A stretch of DNA of 64,000 nucleotides from the NCBI GenBank assembly GCA_034520565.1, contig JAXHNL010000002.1, forward strand, positions 864,001 to 928,000. Direction: 5' to 3'. A model generated the notes under the pieces. It saw only the letters and a program-made list of their open reading frames with translations. It ran no database searches and had not been told where the DNA came from. A program made the translations under genes and the position numbers. This DNA is from Halodesulfurarchaeum sp. GTDB lineage: Archaea; Halobacteriota; Halobacteria; Halobacteriales; Halobacteriaceae. This document shows, piece after piece, positions 55,706 through 64,000 of the stretch (positions are counted from its first letter, which is position 1; the number at the start of each line of letters is the position of its first letter).

Positions 55706-55917
55706 TCGTGTCCCTCGGTGTCCACATCGTGACGGGAACTTTCTTGGCGTCCACCGGCAGCTATTATATCATATTACTAACAGTGTTATTATATTTCCGG
55801 CATTCTCAAAAACGTCGCTGCTTTCCCGTGTTTTTTCTTCATTTTCACAGTCCTAATTATCACAATTGAAAAATACATCCCAACTTTTTAAAAATGGAGG
55901 TTAGCACTGCACAATGT

Positions 55918-56838
55918 ATGTCGAGTGAAACTGACCAATCGGTCGCCGACGTCGAGACAGATATCGACAAGGAAGCTGGCTATGACGACGAGGCTGCAAG
56001 CGAAGTTCAAACGGCTATCGCAGAATTGCAGGCCGCCGCAGACGAAATAGCCGAACGCTCGAGTTCGGTCATCGAATTGGCCCAGGAACAGCGAACGGGG
56101 ATGGGTGAGGTTGCAGACGAGATTTCGGACCTCAGCGCGTCAGTTGAGGAAATCGCCTCATCGGCCGAGGAAGTCGCAAGCGAAAGTGAAGAGGTCAATC
56201 AGCGAGCAACTGAGTCTCAGGAGTCCGCTCAATCCGCGAAATCGGCGATGAAAGAAATCGACGACGCGGCCGAGGACCTCACGCAGAAATTCGAATCGAT
56301 CGAAGCGCGGGTGAGCCAAATCGACGATATCGTCGAAGTGATAGACGAAATTGCCGATCAAACGAACCTCCTGGCGTTGAATGCGAGTATCGAAGCGGCC
56401 CGGGCCGGGGAGGCCGGACAAGGGTTCTCGGTCGTTGCAGCGGAGATCAAGGAACTTGCCGAACAGTCGATGAACCAGGCCGAGGAAATCGAAGCAATGG
56501 TCGATACCATCCACGAAAGTATCGACGAGGCGTGGGGCAGCCTCCAAACGAGTAACGAGCGGGTCGAAAAGGGCGTGGGAGAGGTGAACGAGACCATCGA
56601 CAATATGGAAGACATCACGTCCTCGATTCAGGAAGTCTCAGCAGCTGTCGAGCAAATGGCGAGTGCCACCGACCAGCAGGCGGCTTCCAGCGAGGAAGTA
56701 GCGGGCATGGTCGAACAAACACGAACCAACGCGAACGAGATTGCAGACGAAATCGACGAGGTCGGATCGGCAATCGAAGAACAGACCTCGATGATCCGAA
56801 ACGTCAATCAGGCCGTGGATCAGCTCGTCGAGGAATAG
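55918..56838 (+). CDS. Soluble methyl-accepting chemotaxis transducer (signalling domain only)
   Basis: Hairpin tip [38 protein letters not shown]; no transmembrane or recognisable sensor domain. Confidence 0.92.
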   Translation: MSSETDQSVADVETDIDKEAGYDDEAASEVQTAIAELQAAADEIAERSSSVIELAQEQRTGMGEVADEISDLSASVEEIASSAEEVASESEEVNQRATESQESAQSAKSAMKEIDDAAEDLTQKFESIEARVSQIDDIVEVIDEIADQTNLLALNASIEAARAGEAGQGFSVVAAEIKELAEQSMNQAEEIEAMVDTIHESIDEAWGSLQTSNERVEKGVGEVNETIDNMEDITSSIQEVSAAVEQMASATDQQAASSEEVAGMVEQTRTNANEIADEIDEVGSAIEEQTSMIRNVNQAVDQLVEE

Positions 56839-56847
56839 GTGGGACAG

Positions 56848-57261
56848 ATGGCTGCAGTTACTGACGACGAACATCAGGTCCTGGAATTCGAACTGGGCGA
56901 GAAAGATTTTTGCGTCGGCCTCGACGCCGTCGACGAAATCGTCAACAAGGACGACGATATCACCGGCATTCCGAACTCGGATCGAAAAGTGTCTGGCGTG
57001 ATGGACCTTCGCGGGCGGACGACGACGATAATCGACCCGGGAGTCGCCCTCGACGTTCAGGTCGAGACGGGTCCGAAATACGTGATCGTCTTCGAGTCCG
57101 AGGACAGGCCATTTGGATGGCTTATCGATGACGTCTCCCGTGTTTCCTCCCTTTCCGAGGAACACCTGGATGATTCGGTTGCGAACGGAACGATCGAAGG
57201 GGTGTTCAAACAGGACGGCGATTTCATCGTCTGGGTCGACCCGGACACCATCAATATGTGA
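56848..57261 (+). CDS. cheW: Chemotaxis coupling protein CheW
   Basis: QVLEFELG...FCV....VDEIV, IPNS...V.GVMDLRG....IIDP, GWLIDDV. Confidence 0.92.
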   Translation: MAAVTDDEHQVLEFELGEKDFCVGLDAVDEIVNKDDDITGIPNSDRKVSGVMDLRGRTTTIIDPGVALDVQVETGPKYVIVFESEDRPFGWLIDDVSRVSSLSEEHLDDSVANGTIEGVFKQDGDFIVWVDPDTINM

Positions 57262-57292
57262 TGCAAGACGGTTGGAAACGAAGCCCTCCGCG

Positions 57293-57388
57293 AACATCGT
57301 ATCGGCGCTCGTAGATCCGGTTGTCATCTGGGATCCAGTAGACGGCTCGATAACCGACGGCAACCGGGCCGCCGCCGAGCGGTTCGGG
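57293..57388 (+). pseudogene. PAS-domain N-terminal fragment
   Basis: IVSALVDPVVIWDPVDGSITDGNRAAAERFG resembles the PAS start in this window's kinase (LLDAAPDPIFVADAENGKITQVNQAAETLLG). Confidence 0.45.
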
Positions 57389-57435
57389 AGTCCAACAAAT
57401 CCAATATTTGCGGACCGGTATCAACCGGAACGACC

Positions 57436-57562
57436 GTGCCAACCACGGACGGCGCCGGGGGACGACCGTGTCCGATCTGTGCGGAGCCGCTGTACCGTCG
57501 GCATTGCAAGTACGTGTGTCAGAATCACGGTGTCGAGTACGATTGCGCGTCCGTTCTGGTAG
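57436..57562 (+). CDS. Small haloarchaeal zinc-finger microprotein (HVO_2523-like), frameshifted near the 3' end
   Basis: GRPCPIC...LYRRHCKYVCQNHGVEYDC; the expected PFW* ending lies in another frame (stop at 57560-57562). Confidence 0.7.
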
Positions 57563-57677
57563 CATCGGTCGAGAACAGGCCGGTCGAGTTGCTGTATCAC
57601 GGATTTCCTTCTCTCGGACGTAGCCAACACCGGAGCGTGGGTATTGTTTTCATATATCGAGAAAGGGAGGTACAGCA

Positions 57678-59459
57678 ATGGAGGCGGCGTGTCAATTTCG
57701 AGGCATGAACAGCCCCATTTTTACGCATTCGAGACGAAATCGGAAGGGAAGACGTTCCGAGAACGGCCGGGCTGCTGTCGAAAACCACGGGCCTCCGCCG
57801 GAGCCGAACTCGCAGAAAACGGATGAGCCGTCACCGCAAGCCGCTACTCAGCATTCGGACGGAACGGCACGCCAGAATTCTTCGCTCACGAGACGACGGG
57901 TGCTCGAAATCGGATTCGCGAGCGCAGTGGCGGCGAGCGGCCTTTCACTGACCGCAGACCCGGTTCGGAGCCAGGACGTGGCCACGGCCGCAAAAGATGT
58001 CCTCGGCACCTGGCAAACCGCGTTCAACGACGGCGACATAGAGACGCTTCGCTCGCTCTATGGGCCGGAACCGCGAAATTCGCTCGTCCCGGTGGGCGAC
58101 ACCCCGCGGGGAACCGACCTCGTCCTCGCTTTCGACCGGGTGGCACACGCCATGGGCACCAGCGTGGAGATCTCCCTCGACCAACTGACGCTGGGCAGTT
58201 CGGACCCTATCCAACTCCAGGGACCGGCGACCCTCGAGACGATGCCGATGGGTTCCCTGTCCGGCGAAGCGTCGGTGACGATGCAGGAAACAGATGGCAC
58301 GCTCCGTGTCACTGACCTCGTCGTTTCCATCCCGATGGAGGTCCTCCTCGACAGTTGGGGCGATCCCGGCGAACTCCCGGCGGATGCGAAACCCCTGACC
58401 GATATGGAGCCCGGAGAGACGTTTCAGGGGGAACCGGGCGGACTCTATGGTGACTATCAAAACGTCCCGCCACTCGAGCAGCAGGAGGCAGCCGTCGACG
58501 CGTTGCACAACATTCAACCTCGTGACGGGGCCGGGAATCCCGCCGAGGACGGTACGGTCGGGTTCGTCATGCTGGGACCGTCCAACACGGGACGCTACTC
58601 GGGTGCGTTCATCGAACTGGTTCGAGAGGACCCGGACGTTCCCGAGTATCTATGGACACTCAACGGCTGTGAGGGGGCGTTTTCGAGCGACGCGCGTGCC
58701 TGGACGCTCGGTGACTACCCGGCCTTGTTGCTCGATCACCGGCTGGCTGAACTGGATTACGAACTCGAACAGCCGGGCCTTGCCCCCGAACAGGTCCAAG
58801 TGGGCTGGTATACGCCACACTACTACCACGACATGAGTGAACAGATCGACGCGGTGGGCTATGCCGAGGAGATCCACGAGTACGTCCGCGAAATGCTCCC
58901 GAAACTCAAGGACAACTTTCCGAACCTGGAGATCCTCTACCTTTCGGGGTTCCCGTACCTGGGCTATGCGAAAACGGGGTTCGGCGAGCCGATGGCCTAC
59001 GCGATGAATCTCGCCGCGAGATCGCTCATCCGAGCCCAGATCGAGGGCGATCCGAAGTTGAACCACGACCCCGAGGCGGGCGAGGTGAACGCCCCGCTGA
59101 TGCTGTGGGGGCCGTACTTGTGGGCCAACGGGGAGACCCCACGGAGCGACGGCCTCACGTGGTCGCCCGAGGATTATCAGGAGGTCGATGGCGCTCATCC
59201 CAGTCCACAGGGGGCGACGAAGGTCGCCGAACTCCTGTTGAAGTTCCTGCAGCAGAACACGTTCGCCCGGTCGTGGTTTCTGGACGTCGAACCGCCGGCC
59301 GTCGAGGATCTCGAAGCACCGACCCCGGTTGCCACGCCGACAGTGCAAACGACCGAGGGGGAAGCTCCCGGGTTCGGGCTCATGGGAGCAGTGGGCGGGA
59401 TCGGGGCCGCAATCGGGTATCATCTCCCTCGGGATCCTCATTTTGAATCGGAGGAGTAA
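57678..59459 (+). CDS. Secreted surface protein: Tat signal, NTF2-like domain, SGNH-hydrolase-like domain, PGF-CTERM; start uncertain
   Basis: LTRRRVL plus hydrophobic stretch; WQTAFNDGD.ETLRSLY; MLGPSNT and DGAHPS; T/P linker then PGFG and a hydrophobic helix. Confidence 0.75.
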   Translation: MEAACQFRGMNSPIFTHSRRNRKGRRSENGRAAVENHGPPPEPNSQKTDEPSPQAATQHSDGTARQNSSLTRRRVLEIGFASAVAASGLSLTADPVRSQDVATAAKDVLGTWQTAFNDGDIETLRSLYGPEPRNSLVPVGDTPRGTDLVLAFDRVAHAMGTSVEISLDQLTLGSSDPIQLQGPATLETMPMGSLSGEASVTMQETDGTLRVTDLVVSIPMEVLLDSWGDPGELPADAKPLTDMEPGETFQGEPGGLYGDYQNVPPLEQQEAAVDALHNIQPRDGAGNPAEDGTVGFVMLGPSNTGRYSGAFIELVREDPDVPEYLWTLNGCEGAFSSDARAWTLGDYPALLLDHRLAELDYELEQPGLAPEQVQVGWYTPHYYHDMSEQIDAVGYAEEIHEYVREMLPKLKDNFPNLEILYLSGFPYLGYAKTGFGEPMAYAMNLAARSLIRAQIEGDPKLNHDPEAGEVNAPLMLWGPYLWANGETPRSDGLTWSPEDYQEVDGAHPSPQGATKVAELLLKFLQQNTFARSWFLDVEPPAVEDLEAPTPVATPTVQTTEGEAPGFGLMGAVGGIGAAIGYHLPRDPHFESEE

Positions 59460-59568
59460 CCGTCACGATCCGAACTCCCGGTCACGAGGCTGCACACGTT
59501 CATCGCTCCGGTGTGGCGGATACGGGATCGTTTCATCGACCACTTCGCTGGAGTGGCCGGCAGCAACG

Positions 59569-62103
59569 TCAGGACTCCAGTGGCAACTCGACGACGAACA
59601 CCGACCCCTTCGGCTCGTTGTCTTCGATTCGTAGACTCCCGCCGTATCGGTCCACGAGCGTGTTGACGAGGTAGAGGCCAAGCCCCGTCCCGTCGCTATC
59701 GAGGCCCTGTTCGCCCTTCTCGAAGATCGTCTCCTTCCTGTCCTCGGGAATGCCCGGGCCGTTGTCCACAAAGCGGACGGTGATCCACTGCTCGCCCGCC
59801 GTCGCCGAGACCGTGACAGTGGGTTCGTCCTCGTCGTTGTGGACGATCGCGTTCTGCAACAGGTTCCTGAACACCGACTCGAGCATGCCGTCCGCGAGGA
59901 TCGTGGCGTCGGGGATCGAGCCGTCTGTCTCGATCGCTGCCTGCTCGAAATTCGAGCCGACGGTCTCGATTTCGGCTTCGAGGACCGTCCGGACCGATCT
60001 CGGCTCCAGCTCGGTCTCCGAACTGAGTACGACGTCGGCCACGTCCCTGGCGGTCTGGGTGATCTCGATGGCGTTTCGGGCCGCCTCCAGGACGGTTTTG
60101 GCCCACTCGCGCCCCTCCTCGTCGACGTGGTCTTCGATCAGTTCCGTGTAGGAGACCACGAGCTGGAGGTCGTTTCTGATGTCGTGGCGGACGATCTGGT
60201 TGAGGATCTCGAGGGTGTCCCGCTGGACTTCGATCTGTTCCTCGTACTCTTTCCGCTCCGTCATGTTTCGGGCGTAGCCCAACACCCCTTCCGCGTCCGA
60301 CCCGACCGGTTCGTAGGGAATCAGGACGGTCTGGAACGTGAGCACGTTTCCCTCGGGCGTCCTGGCCTGGCGCTCGGGAATCACCAGTGACTCTCCCGAG
60401 TCGATGACCCCGAGGTCCTCCTCCCGGTACCGCCGGAAGGTTGCACTCCCCATCCCGAGCTCTCGCTCGGTTTTCCCGATCATGTCGGCGGGTTTCCGAC
60501 CGAACAGCGCCGCCACTGCCTCGTTTGCCAGGAGGTACTCCCCGTCACGATTCTTGACGAAAATCGGGTCCGGGACGAGGTCGATGATCTGGCGGAGCCG
60601 TTTTCGGGACTCTTTTCGCTCCTGTTCGGCTCGCTTCTGTTCGTCGACGTCCTGGTGGATGCCCACCGACCGGACGGGATTCCCGTCCTCGTCTCGCTCC
60701 ATCACCTTGCCGATGTTTCGGATCCACTTCCACTCGCCCTCTGCGGTTTTGAGTCGGTAATCGACGGTGTAGAGGTCCTTCTCCCCCTCGATATGTCCCT
60801 CGAGTGCTCGATCGTGGGGCTCCCGGTCGTCCGGGTGGAGGAGCCTCTCCCACCCGCCGATCTCGTTCGCTATCTCCTCGGGTTCGTACCCCAGCATCGC
60901 CCCCCACTGCCCGTTCCGGGTCACCGTGTCCGACTGCATGTCCCAGTCCCAGATGCCCAGGTCTGCCCCCTCGACCGCCAGGTCGAGTCGCTCGGACTTT
61001 TCCTCGAGTTCCCGCTCGCGCTCCTTCCGCTTCGTAACGTCCCGCATCGCGGTGACGTCGCCGACGACGGTCCCATCCTCGTCCCGGAGTGGGTAGAACC
61101 TGATGTCGAGGGCCCGCACTTCGCCCGCCGCGTTCTGTCTGGTCGTCTCGAAGGAGACCCGTTCTCCCTCGTAAACCTGCTCGAGGGAGGACTCGATCTC
61201 CTCGAAGTTTCCCCCGCCGATGACTGACTGATTGCGCACGCCCGAGAGGTCCGTCTCGGGGGGAATGTCGTAGAACTCCCGGTAGCGCTCGTTGGCAAAG
61301 AGGTACTCGTGATCCCGGTTCGAGGCCGCGAGCATGTCCGAGGAACTCTCGACGGCCTGTCGGTACCGCTCCAGTTTCGCCTCCTGGGCCTTACGCTCGG
61401 TGATCTTCCGGTCGATCGCGAAGAAGCCGATGACGGTTCCCGACTCGTCATAGCGCGGGATCTTGTTCACCGAGTACCAGTGCTCGGTCCCATCGGCGTG
61501 GGTCAATTTGCGTTCCCGGTCGAGGACTGTCTCTCCCTCCAGGACCCGCCGCTCGCGTGCCAGCACATCCTCGGCGAGGGCCGGTAACCAGAGTTCGTCG
61601 GTGCGCTTGCCGATCAATTCGGTCGGTTCGGCGTCGAGAACCTCGGCAAAGGACCGCCCGCAGTGCACGAGCCGGTGGTCGGTGTCTTTGAAGTACAAAA
61701 GGTTCGCAGAGGCCTCGGTGAGCAGTTCGAAAAGGTCGCGGTCTTTGGCCCGATCCCGCGTCGTGAGCAGGTGGTCGTCGAACTCGGTGGTCGCCCGATT
61801 CCGGCCGATCGTTTCGACCCACTGCCATTGCTCGTCGGCGGATTCGATTCGGTGGCTGATCGGATTCTCCGAGTTCCGTTCCCCCGCCACCAGGTCGGCA
61901 AACCGCGAGGCGACACGGTCGCGGTCCTCGGGATGGACGAGCGAGAGAACCGACTCGCCCTGAAGGGCCGACCGGTCGTGCCCGGTTACGGACTCGACGG
62001 CCGGGCTGACGTACGAAATTGCCCCCTCGTCGTCCACCAGGGTGATGACGTCTTGGACCGCCCCCAGCAGATCGTCGAGGAACGATTCGTGATCGCCTCC
62101 CAT
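59569..62103 (-). CDS. Multi-PAS sensor histidine kinase
   Basis: About five PAS/PAC units; H-box RHDIRNDL; NLLQNA, DNGPGIP, GTGLGLYLV; ATG at 62103. Confidence 0.93.
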   Translation of the reverse strand: MGGDHESFLDDLLGAVQDVITLVDDEGAISYVSPAVESVTGHDRSALQGESVLSLVHPEDRDRVASRFADLVAGERNSENPISHRIESADEQWQWVETIGRNRATTEFDDHLLTTRDRAKDRDLFELLTEASANLLYFKDTDHRLVHCGRSFAEVLDAEPTELIGKRTDELWLPALAEDVLARERRVLEGETVLDRERKLTHADGTEHWYSVNKIPRYDESGTVIGFFAIDRKITERKAQEAKLERYRQAVESSSDMLAASNRDHEYLFANERYREFYDIPPETDLSGVRNQSVIGGGNFEEIESSLEQVYEGERVSFETTRQNAAGEVRALDIRFYPLRDEDGTVVGDVTAMRDVTKRKERERELEEKSERLDLAVEGADLGIWDWDMQSDTVTRNGQWGAMLGYEPEEIANEIGGWERLLHPDDREPHDRALEGHIEGEKDLYTVDYRLKTAEGEWKWIRNIGKVMERDEDGNPVRSVGIHQDVDEQKRAEQERKESRKRLRQIIDLVPDPIFVKNRDGEYLLANEAVAALFGRKPADMIGKTERELGMGSATFRRYREEDLGVIDSGESLVIPERQARTPEGNVLTFQTVLIPYEPVGSDAEGVLGYARNMTERKEYEEQIEVQRDTLEILNQIVRHDIRNDLQLVVSYTELIEDHVDEEGREWAKTVLEAARNAIEITQTARDVADVVLSSETELEPRSVRTVLEAEIETVGSNFEQAAIETDGSIPDATILADGMLESVFRNLLQNAIVHNDEDEPTVTVSATAGEQWITVRFVDNGPGIPEDRKETIFEKGEQGLDSDGTGLGLYLVNTLVDRYGGSLRIEDNEPKGSVFVVELPLES

Positions 62104-62173
62104 GTCATGCGTTCTCTCGGAGGCGCGGGATATACTGATTGTGGTCCCCACCTCGAATATTCGATCGGATATC

Positions 62174-63505
62174 TTAGGTGTATGGTTCGAATTCCCGGCC
62201 GAAGACGAGGAAATAGCCGGTTCCGAGGACGCCGATGGCCGCCGCGACGGTGAAGGCCAGTTCGGGGCTGGCGAACTCCCAGAGTGCTCCACCCAGGGCC
62301 GCACTCGGGATCACGAGCGTGTTTCGGAGCAGGTAGTAGGCGCCGGTCACCCGGCCGCCGGTCCCCCGCTCGGCCGGGCCGACGATCAGGGCCTTGTGTG
62401 TGGGGAGTCCGGCAAAGCGAAGCCCGGAAAAGGCGAAGACGGCGACGAGTGCGGGGGCACTCGCCGGGGCGTAGATCAGGACTAGCGGAAAGACGGCGTA
62501 GACGGCAAACCCGACGGTAACGACCGGTTTGAGGCCCACGAACTCGGCCACTCGAGCCGCCGGGAGCATTACCAGGAGCGCGACGAGCATCTCGACGCCG
62601 AGGAGGTACCCGAAAAACGCGGCCGGTGAGAGGGACACGGCGGTCGAAAATCCACCGATCGAAACCGTCGTTTCGAATCCAACCGAAAGCACCTGGGTGA
62701 CGACCAGGACGAAAAACACGTACACCATCCCGTTGGCAAAGCGGACGAACGTGTCGCCGACGAGAAGCGGGCGTAACTCGGGAGGGAGCGCCGCGAGATC
62801 CTGCCGAAGCTGGGACAGTCCCTCGAAGGAGTCCCCGATGGAGTCCTCGCTCGAATCGTAAAGGAAGTGCTGGGCGACGGTCCCCACCGCTCCGAAAAGG
62901 ACGGCCGCGCCGAGCACGTACTGGAAGCTCCGCGTGAAGGAGGGGTGGAGCCCGATCAGGAACGCCGCGAGAACGGGACCGACGAGAAAGGCCGTCCGCC
63001 GGAACGTTTCGGTTCCCGCGAAGCCGGTCGCCAGCCGCGACGGATCCGTCGCCTGCTTGACCACCGCGAAGGTGGCTCCGAGTCCGAAGGACTTCCAGGC
63101 CTGGGCCAGCACCAGCCCCACGAAGATCCAGATCCAGGGGGCGATGGTCACCTCGCCGACGGTGATCGGCCCGATCGCAGGGGCCACGAACCAGACGGCG
63201 AACCCGAGCGTCGAGAGCAGTCCGAAGACCGTGAGCGAATAGCGGGACCCGATTCGATCGGAGACGGCTCCGCCCGGATACGGGAACACCGCAGAAACCA
63301 CGTTTCCGGCCGTTCCAAAGAGGCCGACGACGAACCCGGAGGCCCCGAGTGCGACCATGTACTCGGGGAGAAAGCGACTCGTCATCTGGAAGCCGAGACT
63401 GAAGAGAAACATTGCTGCCGAGAGGACCAGGACGTCCCGTGGGAGCGCGAACAGCCCTTCCAGCCTGTCGAGTGGGCCGCCGGAAGCGGAACTGGACTCG
63501 CCCAT
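62174..63505 (-). CDS. MFS transporter
   Basis: About 12 hydrophobic helices; motif A GGAVSDRIGSR; ATG at 63505. Confidence 0.92.
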   Translation of the reverse strand: MGESSSASGGPLDRLEGLFALPRDVLVLSAAMFLFSLGFQMTSRFLPEYMVALGASGFVVGLFGTAGNVVSAVFPYPGGAVSDRIGSRYSLTVFGLLSTLGFAVWFVAPAIGPITVGEVTIAPWIWIFVGLVLAQAWKSFGLGATFAVVKQATDPSRLATGFAGTETFRRTAFLVGPVLAAFLIGLHPSFTRSFQYVLGAAVLFGAVGTVAQHFLYDSSEDSIGDSFEGLSQLRQDLAALPPELRPLLVGDTFVRFANGMVYVFFVLVVTQVLSVGFETTVSIGGFSTAVSLSPAAFFGYLLGVEMLVALLVMLPAARVAEFVGLKPVVTVGFAVYAVFPLVLIYAPASAPALVAVFAFSGLRFAGLPTHKALIVGPAERGTGGRVTGAYYLLRNTLVIPSAALGGALWEFASPELAFTVAAAIGVLGTGYFLVFGREFEPYT

Positions 63506-63538
63506 TGGCAAAACGTCCACCGAGAACAGTAAATGACT

Positions 63539-63623
63539 GTCGGCATGGGCGGTATCGATCAGCGTGTCGGCGGGCGTGGCATCGATCAGCGTCGGCTTGG
63601 GCGGCATCGAACTGGGTGTCGCC
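63539..63623. repeat. Three imperfect ~26-bp tandem repeats in a divergent intergenic region
   Basis: GTCGGCATGGGCGGTATCGATCAGCGT / GTCGGCGGGCGTGGCATCGATCAGC / GTCGGCTTGGGCGGCATCGAACTGGGT. Confidence 0.7.
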
Positions 63624-63672
63624 TGGCGAACGAAACGGTCTTGCACGGACCAATGCAAACTGCCCACTATCG

Positions 63673-64000
63673 ATGGACGTCTTTGGATCGGTCGCCCGGT
63701 CTGTCTCCGCCTTGCGCGGCGAGGGCCGTGGCCGGATCTTGCTCGCCGTCGCGGCTGGCTGGGGACTGCTCGTGGGGACCCGGATGAGCTACCCGGTGTT
63801 GCTCCCATACATCAGGGAGGCCTACGGACTCTCGCTTTCGGTCGCGGGATTGCTCGTGACGATCGTCTGGCTGGGGTCTGCGCTCGGACAGCTTCCGGGC
63901 GGCATCCTCGCCGACCGATTCAACGAGCGATACGTGATGACGGCGGGGCTGGTCGTCGTCGCGGTGGCACTCTCGATCGTGACGCTCTCCGGGAGCGTCG
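63673..64000 (+). CDS. MFS transporter (3'-truncated by window edge; absent from the ORF track)
   Basis: Manual translation MDVFGSVARS...GRGRILLAVAAGW...YPVLLPYIREAYGLSLSVAGLL...QLPGGILADRFNER (motif A). Confidence 0.88.
   Translation, partial: MDVFGSVARSVSALRGEGRGRILLAVAAGWGLLVGTRMSYPVLLPYIREAYGLSLSVAGLLVTIVWLGSALGQLPGGILADRFNERYVMTAGLVVVAVALSIVTLSGSV

Overview
GC-rich haloarchaeal (class Halobacteria) chromosomal segment, judged from the acidic proteome and gene content. Core content: pyrG-guaAB, moaB, a JAMM desampylase, idi, Lrp-carA and carB, pabABC, radB, cdc48, rps8e, pyrF, a GTPBP1-like GTPase, the bacterioruberin genes (crtB, cruF, lyeJ, crtD), mch, tRNA-Gly(GCC) and the rpl3-to-secY ribosomal protein superoperon. 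Dense frameshifts in carA, carB, cdc48 and rpl24-secY are most likely assembly errors. There are two accessory regions. The first (~34.1-40.1 kb, lower GC, at the tRNA-Gly 3' end) holds a histidine kinase ending in a LOV domain, a VOC protein and a Fic gene. The second (~55.3-59.5 kb, after secY) holds an RHH remnant, a sensor-less chemoreceptor with cheW, and a Tat/PGF-CTERM SGNH-like protein. The most unusual signal is a family of short palindromic elements sharing the core CTCGCT(G/C)CGCTCG, each tied to a copy of a neighbouring gene's 3' end. Two are built from the tRNA-Gly 3' end and bracket the Fic gene, and one of those has a nested extra hairpin. A third duplicates the last 38 bp of a protein gene at 14.6 kb. 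No integrase or transposase is present in the window. Also notable are a CBS-plus-HPF-like candidate ribosome hibernation factor and a 27-bp motif shared upstream of carA and carB. All family assignments are from motif recognition by eye; no database searches were run.
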